In this document: in pieces, positions 1 through 13,438 of the stretch
Layout: each line of letters starts with the position of its first letter
Numbering within the stretch: the stretch's first letter is position 1
NCBI RefSeq assembly: GCF_006345805.1
Contig: NC_042999.1
Span: 108,190,001 to 108,254,000, forward strand
Reading direction: 5' to 3'
DNA: 64,000 nucleotides
DNA from: Octopus sinensis
Taxonomy: Eukaryota
Notes under the pieces: model-generated
Told to the model about the DNA's origin: nothing
Databases searched by the model: none
What the model saw: only the letters and a program-made list of their open reading frames with translations
Translations under genes and position numbers: made by a program

Positions 1-29
1 GGTAGAAGCTTACCATCTTTCAAATAACA

Positions 30-450
30 AATTTTTAGCCATCTATTTCAATGCAATATTTCTATCTCCAGTGGCCATGATTATAAAATAAAAAAAAGAA
101 AAGCACCACCACACCCATGATTTTCTCAAACAGTTTGTAACATGCTCAGAATTGTTGAAGCATAGAATATACTACCTGAAATAGTTAATAGCAGTCTGGA
201 CACTGCATTCTTCAAAACTCCCAAGTTTCCTAAAATTCACCAACGCTATTCCTGACATGCCCATGTTCCTTTTCCCTTTTATGGTTCTTCTATTGGTCAC
301 TTTTCTTTCTCCTCTGTGGTTTATTCTATGAACTGTGCATGCATTTTTGTTTTCATTGCAATTGTACTTTACTTGACTTATTGCTGCTTCTACCCAGTCT
401 TCTACCCTTTTCTGACAAGTTGTAGTGCACCTAAGCACTGTATCCAATAA
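30..450 (+). mobile_element. Decayed Penelope-like element (PLE) 3' region ending in a hammerhead relic; homologous to 26827-27060
   Basis: 240-445 aligns by eye with the reverse complement of 26830-27040 (shared ctgtggtttattct.tgaact and ttttctga..agttgtagtgcac.taag.actgta). The upstream frame reads LRIVEA*NILPEIVN, reminiscent of the GIY-YIG C-terminal L.I.EAL.I...P.LN motif. Confidence 0.45.
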
Positions 451-823
451 TTTCATATTATATAAGAAGGGTAAAATCAATAAAAACAGCTCCTGTGTAT
501 AACCGCTACTTGTCTTATATGCTGCAAAGAGTTGAAAGATTAAGTTCACTATAAAAGGATTTGATCTCTCAACATGGAAGCACCCTAAATAGAATATAAT
601 TAAGAATTCAGTACATTGTTTCACCATTTCTACTACATCTCTACCATCCTCAGAATAAAAGATAATTTCTTAGTTATTCCATCTTCCACTTAAGAGCAAG
701 TCAATGGTCATTCTGCATTATCATAATATTGTTATTAATACTTCAATACTATTAGCATATCAACAAATTTATATCTTCAAATTTAGTGATAAGTCTTTGC
801 AATTCTCAGGGGCTTTATAAAGG

Positions 824-1015
824 TTATATATATATAAACAAACGTATACATTATATATATATATAAATATATATATATATACATATGTATATGTATGCAT
901 GTATATGTATGTAAATATATGTATGTATATATATGTAAAAATATGTATGTATATATATATATATATGTATGTATATATATATATATGTATATATGTGTGT
1001 GTATATGTGTGTGTG

Positions 1016-1063
<48 letters not shown>

Positions 1064-1085
1064 TGTGTGTGTGTAAATATATATA
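824..1085. repeat. Compound (TA)n/(TG)n microsatellite
   Basis: Directly visible; explains ORFs 769-1089, 895-1086 and 899-1210. Confidence 0.97.
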
Positions 1086-1171
1086 ACATTAAAGATGAGA
1101 ATTTCCTGCAGCTCTTTTATTTGTCTAAACTCCTGTCTTTAGAACTGAAATGCAGATTGTGGAATAATAAT

Positions 1172-1825
1172 AATGGTTTCAAATTTTGGCAAAGAGCCAG
1201 CAATCTTTGAGGGGAGATGTAAGTCAATTACATCAACCTGGTACTTCACTGGTACTTATTTTATTGATCCTGAAAGGATAAACAGCAAAGTCAACCTTGG
1301 TGGAATTGGAGCTCAGAACACAAAGATGGATGTAATGCCACTAAGCATTCTGTTTGATATGCTTACAGTTCCACCAGCTTGCCACCTTAATAATAATAAT
1401 GGTTTGAAATTTTGAAGGGGATGGGCCTAGCTAATATCAAAGACTTTATTTTATTAACCCTTTATTTTATTAACCCTACAGAGGTTAGAGGTAATACTGA
1501 CTCAGGCAGAATTTGAACACAGGATATAAAGAGTTGTAAGAAATACCACTGCACATTTTGTCCAACATTAACAATTTTGTCATCTAACTTCTAATAATAA
1601 TGATCATAACCCTTTCTGTGATTGATACAAGACATGAAATTTTGGGGGATGGGGATTAGTTGATTATATCAACCCCAGTACTTGGCTGGTAATTATTTCA
1701 ACAAACCAAAAGGATGGAAGGCAAAGTTGACCTTAGTGGCATTTGAACTCAGGACATAAACACAAACAAAATACTGTTATGCATTTTCTCTGGCATTCTA
1801 ATGATTCTGCCATCTCACTGCCTTG
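1172..1825 (-). mobile_element. Cluster of three decayed family-A tRNA SINEs (Meta-like central domain) separated by (AAT)n
   Basis: Reverse complements of the 28957 element (aaggatgaaaggcaaagtcgacc-like, gaatttgaactcag) at about 1172-1388, 1410-1590 and 1609-1825. Confidence 0.8.
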
Positions 1826-3289
1826 ATAATGATGATGATAATTTTGTGTCTCTTTTTCTCATGCTGGTATGGGTTGAGTGAAATGTAGTAGTCTGAGTCA
1901 GTTTTATTTAGAATTTCTATCTACCTGAGTGCCATGAACTATGTTTCACTTGTATAAACACACAACTGTGACATAGTTTGTGGTCCCTCTAAGAGGGTAG
2001 TAACCATATTTCGGTATGGCTTATACAGCCGAAGTTCCCTTTCCTAATACTAATCATGTTACATAAAAGTTGTGTTTAATTTAGTGAATATAGAGATAAT
2101 TCTGAGATCATAGTGATACTTTCCATGCACATATGAAATTATTTTCCATTCCCTAGTAATATTTTGATACTCAAGCCAACAAGAGAACTTATACATAGTT
2201 GATCAACCTGCTAAAAATACCAGTCAAATTACACCGTCCTATCATAAAATTGCAGACATATTGCGTAATGCTGTCCTCAGTAAATTATGACTAAAAATAA
2301 AGTGAAATGGTTTAGACTGGACTGCCTTTCATTGTAGGTCCTTACAGTTATGGTTGACTATTTACAAAACAACTTTTTCATGTTTTTTCTTTCTTTCACT
2401 TGTACTTAACTACCATATGCTGTAGATAATATTATCTTATATCAACATTGCTTTTCTTTACTACAGTAGTCACGTCATTAGTTTGTTGTCAGGGATCCCA
2501 CAGGATTTTCAAACTGCTATCTTAGAAAACTCCCATGGTATCATTCCACATCATATGTTTTTCTCTTCATGTGCTTAGATGTACATGTGTGTCACTTTGA
2601 TAAATTTCTACACGTCATATCTATAGACATGGGAACCATTCCTATTTCAACATTTGTCTGTCTTGCAATTGTGGGTTGATCACTTGTGAAAACTCAGAAT
2701 CAGAAGCTGTATAGGGTAGGTAGTATAGGCTGCTGAAATGTATGTAAATTATTTTATAATTTTTATGAAGTGTCAGTGTTAATCTACCTGCTTTTAAAGT
2801 TGTTTTACAATTATATGATATCAAATATATAGCAATCTGTTGTGTGTGTTGTAAATGATCAATCTTGAAACCTAATTTTAGCAGAAAATATATTTTGAAA
2901 AGCTATTAATATAACGTCAACAGATATATTATTAACAAACTCTTTTATTTGTGAAAATTCTATTGAAATATTGAGAATGTATGGAGCATGTAATATCAAT
3001 GCAGGCTATCTCGCCAGAATTGTTATTTAATATTTGTAAAGTCAAACCAATTGAAGATACTCTAGCTTTTAAAGGAAAAAATAAAACACTTGCGTGCATG
3101 AAGCAAATCACGATCACATTACCAATGTTGTTGAAAACTCGGGCAATAATATTATAGTCAGGAAATCTGAAAATTTTAAAAGTAAATATGAAAATGCCAC
3201 AAAAATTGTCAACCACTACAATCCAGCAGAGTGGTTGGATGAAAAACAAGAATGATGGCAGAAAGTGATCATGATGTTATGAATGGACT

Positions 3290-3800
3290 GCGTCTTTTTA
3301 ATAAACAGGACAGTTTTCCAAAAGATGCAAATAAACTTAGTTTCTCTGTGACAATGATGTATAGGAAAATTAACAACAGTGAACATTTTCTTAGAAGCTG
3401 ACTTGTTTATTCACATAGCACCAATAAAATTTATTGCTTAAGTTGAAAAGTTTTTGGCTTCTCAAATAAGTCATTTTTAGGAAAATCTGGAATTAATGAT
3501 TGGAAGCATGCTCTGAAGTAGATATTGCAAAAGAATTATTTTCTGGAAATGTAAAGCTTCCACTAGAAGCCATTAGATTCATCAACAATAATAAGTTACA
3601 GGATGCCATGCCAAATCTGTTGGTTGCATTAAGAATAATCTTTATGATACCTGTAACTGTGGCCATGGGAGAGAGAAGCTCTAGTAAACTAAAGCTTATA
3701 AAGACATGTTTACTATCATCCATGACACAAGACAGATTAAATTCTTTGGCAATTTTGTCAGTAGGAAATAATATTGTAAAAAAAAAAAAAAAAGATACCT
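3290..3800 (+). pseudogene. Internally deleted hAT (ZMYM1-like) transposase relic: TTF-type zinc finger fused to the hATC dimerisation domain
   Basis: About 3315-3455 reads FPKDANKLSFS...RS*LVYSHSTNKIYCL (TTF ZnF-like). ORF 3500-3892 has PNLLVALRIIFMIPVTVAMGERSSSKLKLIKTCLLSSMTQDRLNSLAILS (hATC motif). Confidence 0.88.
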
Positions 3801-3992
3801 ATAGAAAGTGCTATTTGAGTATTTGCAGAGCTAAAATAAATAAAAAAATTGTTTTAGTTTGTGTAAACTGTTTTGTTCATATTCTTTATTAAGAGAAAAT
3901 TCTTTACACTTTCAGTTATCAAACCATCCTCCATTCAATATTCATTTGTAACAAAAATGTGTTGAAATCATTGCCAGTAATATAGATGCAAT

Positions 3993-4055
3993 CTCTCTCT
4001 CTCTCTCTTTCTCTCTTTCTCTCTCGCTCTCTCTTTCTCTCTGTATGTGTGTGTA
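3993..4055. repeat. (CT)n/(GT)n microsatellite
   Basis: Directly visible. Confidence 0.9.
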
Positions 4056-4439
4056 TGAAATGATTTCAAACCTTGATGCTGTATTTGAACTGTTTTCTTT
4101 AGTTTGTATGTTGTAATAAACACTTTATTTTCGCATTTGCAATTTTATGCCATGCGTAAATTTTTAAAACTATACTTGTAAAAGTATGACAGTGTTAAAG
4201 AATTTCCCTGCATCTAAGCACATGAAATTCAGATTCATTCTCACTGTACAGCATCCTTGGTCAGCTAACTCCAGATCAGTTAATGCCCTATGGGTGAATT
4301 TGGTAGATGGAAACAGTAGTGGCATGTCATAGTGTGTGTACTCAAGAAGACCAGCCCATAACAACAGAATTGAGATCCTAAGACCAAGATTCTACATAAA
4401 TAGCATTGGTGTGGGTGCTGGTGGTGTGTCAAAATCACT

Positions 4440-4630
4440 GGTAATGGTGCCATGTAAAAAGCACCCAGTACACTCTGTGAAATGGTTGGAATTAGGAAGG
4501 GCATCCAGCTGTAGAAACCTAGCCAAAACAGATTATAGAACCTAGTGCAGTCCTTGACCTTGCCAGTTCCTGTTAAGCCATTCAACCCGTGCTAGCATGG
4601 AAAATGGATGTTAAATTTTGATGATAATGA
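4440..4630 (+). mobile_element. Family-C SINE/RTE-tail repeat
   Basis: aaaaagcaccc...ggttgg..ttaggaagggcatccagctgtagaaacc...gctagcatggaaaatggatgttaaa plus (ATG)n tail; same as 35468-35659. Confidence 0.8.
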
Positions 4631-4646
4631 TATATATATATATATA

Positions 4647-5535
4647 TAGGAGTTGGACAAAATAATCGAAACAACTTAAAATTTCAAACAAATTTATTTT
4701 AATATGGGGTAGGACCACCTTTGGCAGCGGTATGGACTTGTACAAAATTTGAATTGTTACCAAAGGAATTTTTGTACATTCTTCAGCTAAAACAGTCTCC
4801 AGTTATTGTAGTGATGATGGTAGAGGATATCCACTCCTTACTTGTTTTTCTAAAATGGACCATAAATGTTCAATAATATTGAAATCTGGGGACTGTGGTG
4901 GCCAGATATGTTCAACTTCACGAGAATGCTCTTCGTGCCATTCAGTAACAACTTTAGCTGTGTGAATTAATGTATTGTCACCCTGAAAGATTGCATTTCC
5001 CTCTGGAAACAGTTCTGCAACCATAGGATGAATTCAATCAGATAAAATGCTTAAATATTCTTGACTATTAATTCTGCCATGAAAGGAAACCCTTGGGGCA
5101 GCAGATTTCCAAGATATATCCTGCTCCCTGGATAATCACAGATCCTCCTCCATGTTTAACAGTTGGAAGAAAGCAGTCTAAGTTAAATGCTTCTTTTGAC
5201 TGTCTCTGCACATATACTTGGCCAGTTGTCAGAAATAAGATAATGGTTGACTTGTCTGAGAAAATAACATTCTTCCACTGATCTAGGGACCAATTTTGTA
5301 GGTTTTTACTCCACTCTAAATGCTTTGCAATGTTTGTTTTTGAAAGTAGTGGTTTTCTGATAGCAGCTCTCTCATGAAATCCGGATTTGTACAGCTCCTA
5401 GTGAACACCTTTTGTGGAAACTGGATTCTTGAGGTGGTCATTAAGCTCTGCAGTAATTTTAGGACCTGTACTTTTGTAGTTCTTTCTAACAATTTGCGTA
5501 AGAAAGTTTTGGTTTTCTTCTGGAGTTTTGTTTCA
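4647..5535 (-). mobile_element. Tc1-family (DD34E-type) transposon relic, one TIR retained, 5' end lost
   Basis: Minus-strand translation: AAIRKPLLSKTNIAKHLEWSK..WSLDQWKNVIFSDKS ... IFQGDNTLIHTAK ... WPPQSPDFNIIEHLW. TIR-like aggagttggacaaaataatcgaaac abuts a (TA)n run. Stops and frameshifts present. Confidence 0.93.
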
Positions 5536-5536
5536 A

Positions 5537-5783
5537 TGAGGAGGTTTTTCCCTCATGGTGGTGGTGGTGGGAAGGAGAGACAAACACAAGCACAAAAGCA
5601 CACACACGAACACATACATACATATACGGCAGGCTTCTTTCAGTTTCCATCTATGAAATTCACTCACAAGGCTTCGGTCAGCCCACGACTATAGTAGAAG
5701 GCATTTGCCCAAAGTGTCATGCTGAACCTGGAACCATGTGGTTGGGAAGCAAGCTTCTTACCACACATCCATACCTGCACCTA
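5537..5783 (-). mobile_element. Family-B tRNA SINE (CORE-like), partial, at the truncation point of the Tc1
   Basis: ggcttctttcagtttcc...gaaccatgtggttgggaagcaagcttcttaccacac is the reverse complement of the 18389 head. Confidence 0.85.
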
Positions 5784-7371
5784 TGAGCCTATATATACTC
5801 ACACACACACACACACACACGTGTGTGCAAGAGTATTTCTTTGTCTCACTACTTAACAAGAAGTGTCACTTTCTTTAGAGCTTCACAACTTAGCAGTTTG
5901 GCACAGAGAGACTGATAGAGTAAGGATCAAACTCAAAAAAAGAAAAAATACTGGCATCAATATGATTCAGAGGTGGTACCTCTGAAGACATAGTCCAATG
6001 ATTGAGACTTGTAAAAAGGAAAGGGTACCAACAACTTGGAGCCAGTCTTTCTTGTTGCTGCATATTAGTTTATGCTTTTGTTATCATATTCAGTGCACCA
6101 AATATTGGCACTTTCATTTCCCATATGTTGCTTATTTCAGTTTTGATAAGCTTTTCAATCTCCAAGTGTGTGATGTTTTGACATAAGCTTTTGAGATGGT
6201 TATCAAATGCTTTCCTCTTTGGTTTTCTTGTTCTTACTATTCTTATTACAGAAACAGTAAATTACAGTGAAAATTACATTCATGGAAATGTCTCAGTGTT
6301 TTGTATATTTTCATTGAATGAAAAAATATTCATAGTGTGTTTTATGTATTATCTTATGCATTCAGAATTGAGATTTCACTTCTGAAAAACAAGAAGTGGC
6401 TGATTTAGAAATAGCCTGTTTGTATTGTGAAGTTTTGAACAATCAATAAGGAAACCTCTGAGACTGATTACACCACACACACACGTATACACAAATACAC
6501 ACATGCTTACATATATATATAAAAGATATATATCTATATATTGTTATATGATGCTTTTTATTTATTATTATTATAGCTTAGTTTTTCATACCTTTGATAT
6601 ATATGTGTGTGTGTTACATTCACTTATGGCAGTATTTGTTATCAACCAAAAAGATGAAATAAAAAAAGAAAGAAAAAAAACAGAATAGAAACAGAGGGTT
6701 ACTTTTAGTACTGGCTCAAGAAATTAGCATATATTGCCATTGTTGTTGTAATATTCATAGTCAATGCTCTGCTACTTTGGCAAATTCTCAGAAAAATGTG
6801 TCTTCAATACATTTTTTTATTATTTTTTTTCTTGTTTTTTGTTTTTGTATATCTCAGAACTAGTATGTTTTGATTCTTGTCTGGAAGTGTTTCATTTACT
6901 TTGATTAAGTCATGAACTTTCTATTTCAATTCATAGTTCTTTTTATTACAATTCAAAGACTTTGGTCAAATCAAGAATTTGTTATTCAGCTGATTCTGTT
7001 TATTTGCATAATGGGCAATTGTATAATTTGGTTAATTGCATAAGTTTTCAAAACACCAAACTGCTCAGCATCTCACTTATATAAACTTTGCATCAATTTC
7101 ATTCAGTTGCATAAGAAATTTTGAGTAAAATAATCAAAAAAAGGTAGCATAAAATGGAACATTCATTTGGCTCGGTATGAAGATAGATATTCTGGAAGTT
7201 TCTTTTTTGTTAATTATGAAGTTAGAATAATCACAATCAGTATTCCATGTTTACATACAACTGCTATCAAAAGAATGGAGTATATTCAAGTTATTCCTGC
7301 CATTTAAATGAGTTAAAAACATTTAAATTTCAGATTCCAGTATATTTTTATCTTATTTTTAATTGTGTTAC

Positions 7372-7740
7372 TCTTTTACTTGTTTCAGTCATTTGACTGT
7401 GGCTATGCAGGAGCACTGCCTTTAGTCGAGCAATTCAACCCCAGGGCTTATTCTTTGCAAGCCTACTACTTATTCTATCGGTCTGTTTTGCTGAACGGCT
7501 AAGTTACGTAAACACACCAGCATCGGTTGTCAAGTGATGTTGGGGGAGTATACAAGCACATACACACACACACACACACACATATATATGATGGGCTTCT
7601 TTCAGTTTCCGTCTACAAGGCTTTGGTCAGCCCAAGGCTATATTAGAAGACACTTGCCCAAGATGCCACACAGTGGGACTGAACCTGGAATCATGTGTTT
7701 GGTAAGCGAGCTACTTACCACACAGCCACTCCTACACCTA
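7372..7740 (-). mobile_element. Full-length family-B SINE (tRNA head, CORE-like segment, internal microsatellite, 3' module)
   Basis: Reverse complement of 18389-18792 along its length. Confidence 0.9.
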
Positions 7741-8084
7741 TAATGTTGTAAAATTCTTAAGCATATAACTCTTCATTGTAGTTTTTAAGAAGAGTTTTGA
7801 ATCAAGTTGTGAATGGATATTATTTTGTTGTTTTGGTTATAGAATAAACACCTTAGAAATTGTGACTGACCTGGTTAAATTTTTCTTAAGCTACTTGACC
7901 CTAGTAATTATTATTGTCGATATATATGAGTCTGATTAAGCTTGGGTAAATTGAAGAATATCAAAGGGAAATAGAAAACTTCCTAGTTAGATCAAACATT
8001 TGTCATGCTGATACATGTCGATTGAGGGGAACAATTAAATTATATGTACACTAAACATGTAGTAAGTTTAGAAAAAATGTTTTA

Positions 8085-8345
8085 TCTTTGAGGACAGAAT
8101 CTCAATGAGCAAACGGAAAACCTTGGTGAGCAAACAACTCAAACAGCTTGAGGAAGAAAACATCCTGGCCCTCAAAGCAAAACACCAAAAACAAACCTCT
8201 ATAGCCCTGCAACATGCCTTTGCTTGCAGATATTGCAGCAGAACTTGCTCATCAAACATAAGAAGGATCAGCCATGAGAGAAGCTGCTGGAAGAATATGT
8301 GTACTTAAGACATTTTCTGCTGCGTAGATTATCTGTCAAGAACCA
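8085..8345 (+). pseudogene. 3' end of an RTE (BovB/SR2-like) LINE ORF with C-terminal C2HC zinc finger
   Basis: ORF 8105-8308 FACRYCSRTCSSNIRRISHERSC matches the RTE terminal C..C.R.C.S.IGL.SH.R.C pattern; preceded by EDR. Confidence 0.75.
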
Positions 8346-8694
8346 AATATTATATATATTCTATACATATTTAACACAGTCACAATAACTTGCTATTAAC
8401 ACATGTAATTTATTTTCTGCAATGGGAATATTGTTAATTGCATATTTCATTTAATTATTCAAGAATTTCAATCCTTGAGGCTATGCAATTAAGCAGAACT
8501 GATTGTGTGCATGTATGTGTGTGTCTGTACGTGTGTAATATTGTTTCATACATAGTTGTACATCTCATGTTTTTTACTCATAAATTTGTCAATCTCAATT
8601 TCTTTCTTTCTTTGTTAGAATGTAACAATTTGAAAGATTTATGAAAAGTGTGATAAGAGTGTTTGCCATTTCGTATTCAATTTTTACTCATTTA

Positions 8695-8870
8695 CATTGT
8701 TTGACCTCAGGTTCATCCTCATCAAGTAGACCAACTATTAAAAGCATTCTGGCAAAAATTGTCCCTTTTTTTGCCTTTTATTGTATCTTTCTTGATAGGG
8801 TGTGATTTGAAGGAGATTTGGCTTCTATTTCTTGAAGATCAGGTGACTGCATGAAAGATAGCTCAATGGT
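8695..8870 (-). repeat. Family-E interspersed repeat (gacctgctagaaatagcagccaaatct...cacaccct...ggaatgcctttgatcatagg...(CAA)n). Other decayed copies near 2200, 9780, 20830, 25345, 32780, 33470, 36500, 38860, 43855, 45050, 58735, 59660, 60850
   Basis: Recurrent motif gggtgtgatttgaaggagatttggc..ctatttct and its reverse complement across the window. Confidence 0.7.
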
Positions 8871-11221
8871 CTTGGCTCCTGTTTATTTCTAAAGGTTCAT
8901 GCATTGGCACAAACCAACTTCTTAGAAAATGTTGCTAATCCTTACCATGAATGCAGCATTGTCTATGAATCAAATATTTCTTCAATGTTGTATTTAACTT
9001 CTTTCTTTATGGTAAATTGATGACAGAATAGTGAGTCTTAATCTCTGAGGGGGAAAAAAAAAACTATTGTAAACATTTTTTTTTTTAAGCCATTCACAAA
9101 ATACTGCTGATGGTTTTGTTCCCGGACTACTGTAAGCTGAAGAAAGATTCATTTGATATTTTCATATTTAATCTTCAACACTTTCTTGAATGCTAATAGG
9201 TCCTTAGTTCGAAAATGCAATACAATTTCTGAATATCAAGTAGATTTCCTTTTTCAGATTTTGTTTTATCAGAGTATTTAAAAATGTCAGCACTTGTACA
9301 TTTTATTACTTTATTACTCACGTACATAAAATATTGTTGCCACCAGCACATGACTAGCACAACACGAACAATCTATTTTTATGTAAGATCAACAATTTAT
9401 GTATATGAATATGTTTGATCATCAATAACTGTGTGTGTGAGTGTGACTATTTTTGATGCTAGTGAAAGAGAGGAGGTGGGGGCATTGGTATGCATTTATA
9501 TTTCTATTCAAACATAATATTTATGAAACAATGTAAGCAAGCACGTAAATATTTCAGAATGTTAGTGTTATATAAGGTTTCGTTCTTTTTCTTATGAAGG
9601 TTGAATCTCCATTTGTTAATTAGACATAGTTATACATTTCTGGTCTCTCTTTCTCTTTCTCTCTCTTTCTCTCATAAGCACACACACACACACTTTTCCC
9701 ACCATATCAACAATATGTGGGTGCACATTTATGCATACAAATTTGTGTATGTGTGTGTATTTAGAAGGTTTTGCAGTTATTTTGTTTTGTCCCAGGTCAT
9801 CTTTGATTGAGTACACCTATGATCAATGTTGTTCCAGCTGGCTATTTTACCATTGTTTTTAAGACAGTAGGGTATGATTTAAGGGGGGAATTTGGTTACT
9901 ATTCCTAGCAGGTAAAGCAACTATAGAGGCCCTATCATTAGGTAGATGCTAATGAGAGAGTGCTAAGCCAGATGTTTTAACCATTGGTATCAACCATTCT
10001 ACTTTTGATGGTTTTTGTATTTGAGGATGAATTATATTAGGCAGATTAAGCTGTTCTATTGGTTTCTTTTCTTCAGGCAATGCTAGTTATTTACATGTCA
10101 TGAACACACAAGAATCTGGTTCCCTGAAGGTTGCAGTGATGTACATTCCCTGATGCCCAATCAAGATTATGCATTTTCATGAGGTAGTGGGGGTGGATTC
10201 TGTCAATATTACTTGTAGAACATTCAAGTGGCTGTTAGAAATTATGTTGAATTAAATTATTTTATTATTTCTGTTGCTAATTTATTAAGGCTCAGGAAAT
10301 TTGGTGAGAGTAAAATTAATCAAGAAGGGCAGATAGAACCAAGTTACATGCATATGTGTTGGTGTGGGTACATGCGTGTGCATGTGTGTGCATGTGGGCA
10401 CATGTGTGCATGTGTTATAATGATTTGGAAAATATTTTCTATATTTTTTTATCATCAATCATTCCAGCTGTATCAGAATTAGTTTTCCTGTGATGTGAAT
10501 ATTATCTCTTCAATCAAAACCTTGATATTCAGTTTATGGACGTTAAAAAGATGAAGCTCTCTTTCTCTATTTTCTCTTCCATACTACATTTAAAAAAAAA
10601 TTATACATCCTATAAAATTAAACTTATAAGATATACAATTGTTTTGTTGTTTGCTATACAGTATTTACAGCATTTCTCCATTCCAATCTTCTGTTCAGAA
10701 TTTAGCGACATTAATAGTAAATTTAATCAAAAGCTATGGAAATTAACTCATGTCTTTTGAATGAATGCTGTTTGGTACTGTATTGTGAAAAGATTATCAG
10801 TGCATTTATTGATAATCTGTCTTTTAATATGGTGCCTATTTAGAAATAATGGTTGTCATTTTCTTTTAGAATATACCTACATTTTGATGTTTAAAAGAAG
10901 TCTTTCATTTGAGATTTACTTTAATATTCAAATACTGTGAGGCATTAATTGCCACTGCAAATGTCTTCAGTGTAATCTTATTTATTGACTATGTAAATTA
11001 TTTTTTCATATATAAGTTTACACTTTATTATCTGGTGTACATCACTTACATAACATTCCAGGAATTTGGGTTAAACCCTTGTCGTGATATGTTTATTATC
11101 ATTGTATTTGCTGATATGTAATGTTTTAATTTCCTGAAATGTTTATGGTTCTGTAATACTGTGAGAAGAAAACAGGACATTTCAAAGCTTTTTCTCTAAC
11201 TTAATATTTAAAATTAATAAG

Positions 11222-11485
11222 TTGGTGGCATGTAAAAAGCACCATTCAAGCAGTGGGCTTCATGGAGGCAATGTGGCCAATGCCTGTGTCACATAACTGG
11301 CACCTGTGCCAGTAGCACTTAAAAAGATCCATTACACTCTTGGAGTAGTTGACGTTAGGAAGGGCATCCAGCCATAGAAACCATGCTAAATCGGACTGGA
11401 GTCTGGTGCAGCCCCTCAGCTCACCAGCCCTGGTCTAACTGTCCAATCCATGCCAGCATAGACAACAGATACTAAATAATGATGC
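11222..11485 (+). mobile_element. Family-C SINE/RTE-tail repeat
   Basis: ggcacctgtgccagtagcac...gttaggaagggcatccagcc...catgccagcat plus ATG tail. Confidence 0.8.
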
Positions 11486-11640
11486 TGTTGCTGTTTATTT
11501 TTAAATGGTTATGTGGCTGAAGAGTTTGCTTTATAACCATGTGGTTACTAGCTTCATCCCACTGTACTTAGGGCAAGTGTCTTCTATTTTAAAGTCTCAC
11601 TTGTGAGTGAAATTGTTAAATAGAAATTGTACAGAGGCCT

Positions 11641-11643
<3 letters not shown>

Positions 11644-11694
<51 letters not shown>

Positions 11695-11722
11695 GTGTGT
11701 GTGTGTGTGTGTGTGTGTGTGT
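11644..11722. repeat. (TA)n(TG)n microsatellite inside a decayed family-B SINE
   Basis: Directly visible; follows gggcaagtgtcttcta. Confidence 0.9.
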
Positions 11723-12157
11723 GCCTGGTATCTGTTTCCATATAACTTTGTGTTTCCACTTTGGATGACAATTGTGTTATGTTTATGCTTTCCTGTAAAT
11801 AATGATCCTGTAGTTTATCGATTTCATATGCCTTAATGTGTGAAGATGTGGAATGAAAATACCTTGCCTGCAAAACAAAATTTAGTGACAAGAAGGCTTA
11901 CAGTACTGTTTCAATAAGTCATGTCCAACAGATGTTGGCATGGATAAAATGGGTATAAAAATGATGATTTAGTTATCAAATTTTGTTCATTGCATATTTT
12001 TAATGATTTCAGTGACATTGTGTAGTTGTAATGAGCTGATCTATTTTCTCTTCATACATACATGTGTGTGCATGTATGTGTAAACAAACACATTTATGAA
12101 TAAATAAGATGAGGTAATAACCTAAAGATGAAGTTGTGACATTACAAAAAATATATC

Positions 12158-12305
12158 ATCATAATTATTATCATTTAATACCTGTTTTCTATGCTGGCAT
12201 GGGTTGGATGGTTCAGCAGGATGGTCTCTATGACTGGATGCACTTCTTAATGCCAACTGTTTTACAGTGTGTACTGGGTACTTTTTACATGGTACTGGCA
12301 CTTGT
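12158..12305 (-). mobile_element. Family-C repeat fragment
   Basis: atgctggcatgggttggatgg...ctggatgcacttcttaatgccaac...gggtactttttacat. Confidence 0.7.
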
Positions 12306-12383
12306 GAGATCATCAAATAACACCTAAGTATCATTAAGAAGGTAGCTTTACACCCGGTGATGAGAGGCTAAAGTACACATACT

Positions 12384-12431
<48 letters not shown>

Positions 12432-13046
12432 GATGGGTAGATATAGACAGATTTATATATATATAAGTATGTAGGGAGATGTTATAACTCTTGTCGAATA
12501 TGATTATAACTCTTGTCAAATTCAGCTATGGATAATGTTTTCCAATTATTACTAACAGAAACAATAAACATGTGCACATACAAAAAAAGGATAAAAATGT
12601 ATGTGGCTGAAAATCCTCTGCATTTAGATTCTATTAAGCAGCTTCAAGTTACATCAGAATCAACAAGAGAGTACAGCTTGTGTTAATACATAATTTCTTC
12701 AGAATACAAGATCTTCATGAATTATGGAAAAAGAATTCGAGTTGGTACTGTAGTAACTAATATTATTAGAGACTTGTTATAATAAACATTTTCTTGTTTG
12801 TTTTCTGCTAGAAGAAAAACTATTAACCATGCAGTGACTGCATCATTTATGTCGTCTGTTTATTTTTAGTTACAAGGAGATGGTAGAGAATTATTAATGT
12901 TACTGTTCTTTTTTTTTTTTTATCTGTATTAAGACAAAACAATTGTTCAAAACATGTAATGTTCCTTCGTTTTTTTTTTTGTTTTTGGGGTTTTTTTTTT
13001 TCTGAGATGCAAAAAACACTTAGTAACTGTAAAATAATTAATCTAA

Positions 13047-13438
13047 TCTCTCTATATATAAAGCTGAAGTTGTCTGTGTATGGCAGGTTTGGTAGCCTTC
13101 AACTAACACTATCTCCTCCGAGACCCTGCAGCGCAAGTTGACCAAAATTGAGAGTATGATAGAAGAAGGCTTGCTTTTCCTTCCGTAGAAGAAAAAATTC
13201 AAATCGGAACATGTTAACACCAAAAATTATTTACATCAAATAGGTGCTTTTTTTAATGAAAATCCCTATTTTTTACGATTTTTTGACAGCAGTGTCGCCA
13301 TTATTTTGGTGTATTTCAACCAGAAAAATGTTCATTTAAAGAGAATAACAAGCTACATAATGCAAAATTTTTACTTTTCAAAAATTCCAATTCTAAAGGG
13401 TTGAAACAAACCCGAGCAACGCCAGGTGATACTGCTAG
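13047..13438 (+). mobile_element. Complete non-autonomous Helitron
   Basis: A|TCtctctatatataaa 5' end (an alternative TC start lies at 13042). Subterminal GC hairpin cccgagcaacgccaggtg, then atactgCTAG|T 3' end. No TSD. Confidence 0.9.

Noticed and set aside
172-627. 151-aa minus-strand ORF; also a PKIH/SSIG resemblance to a PLE reverse transcriptase on the plus strand
   Set aside because: No recognisable domain. The region is homologous to the apparently non-coding repeat at 26827-27060, so the RT-like words are probably chance.
10180-10201. tgaggtagt let-7-like start (also tgaggtagga near 61260)
   Set aside because: Only 9-10 nt match; no let-7 3' sequence or hairpin.
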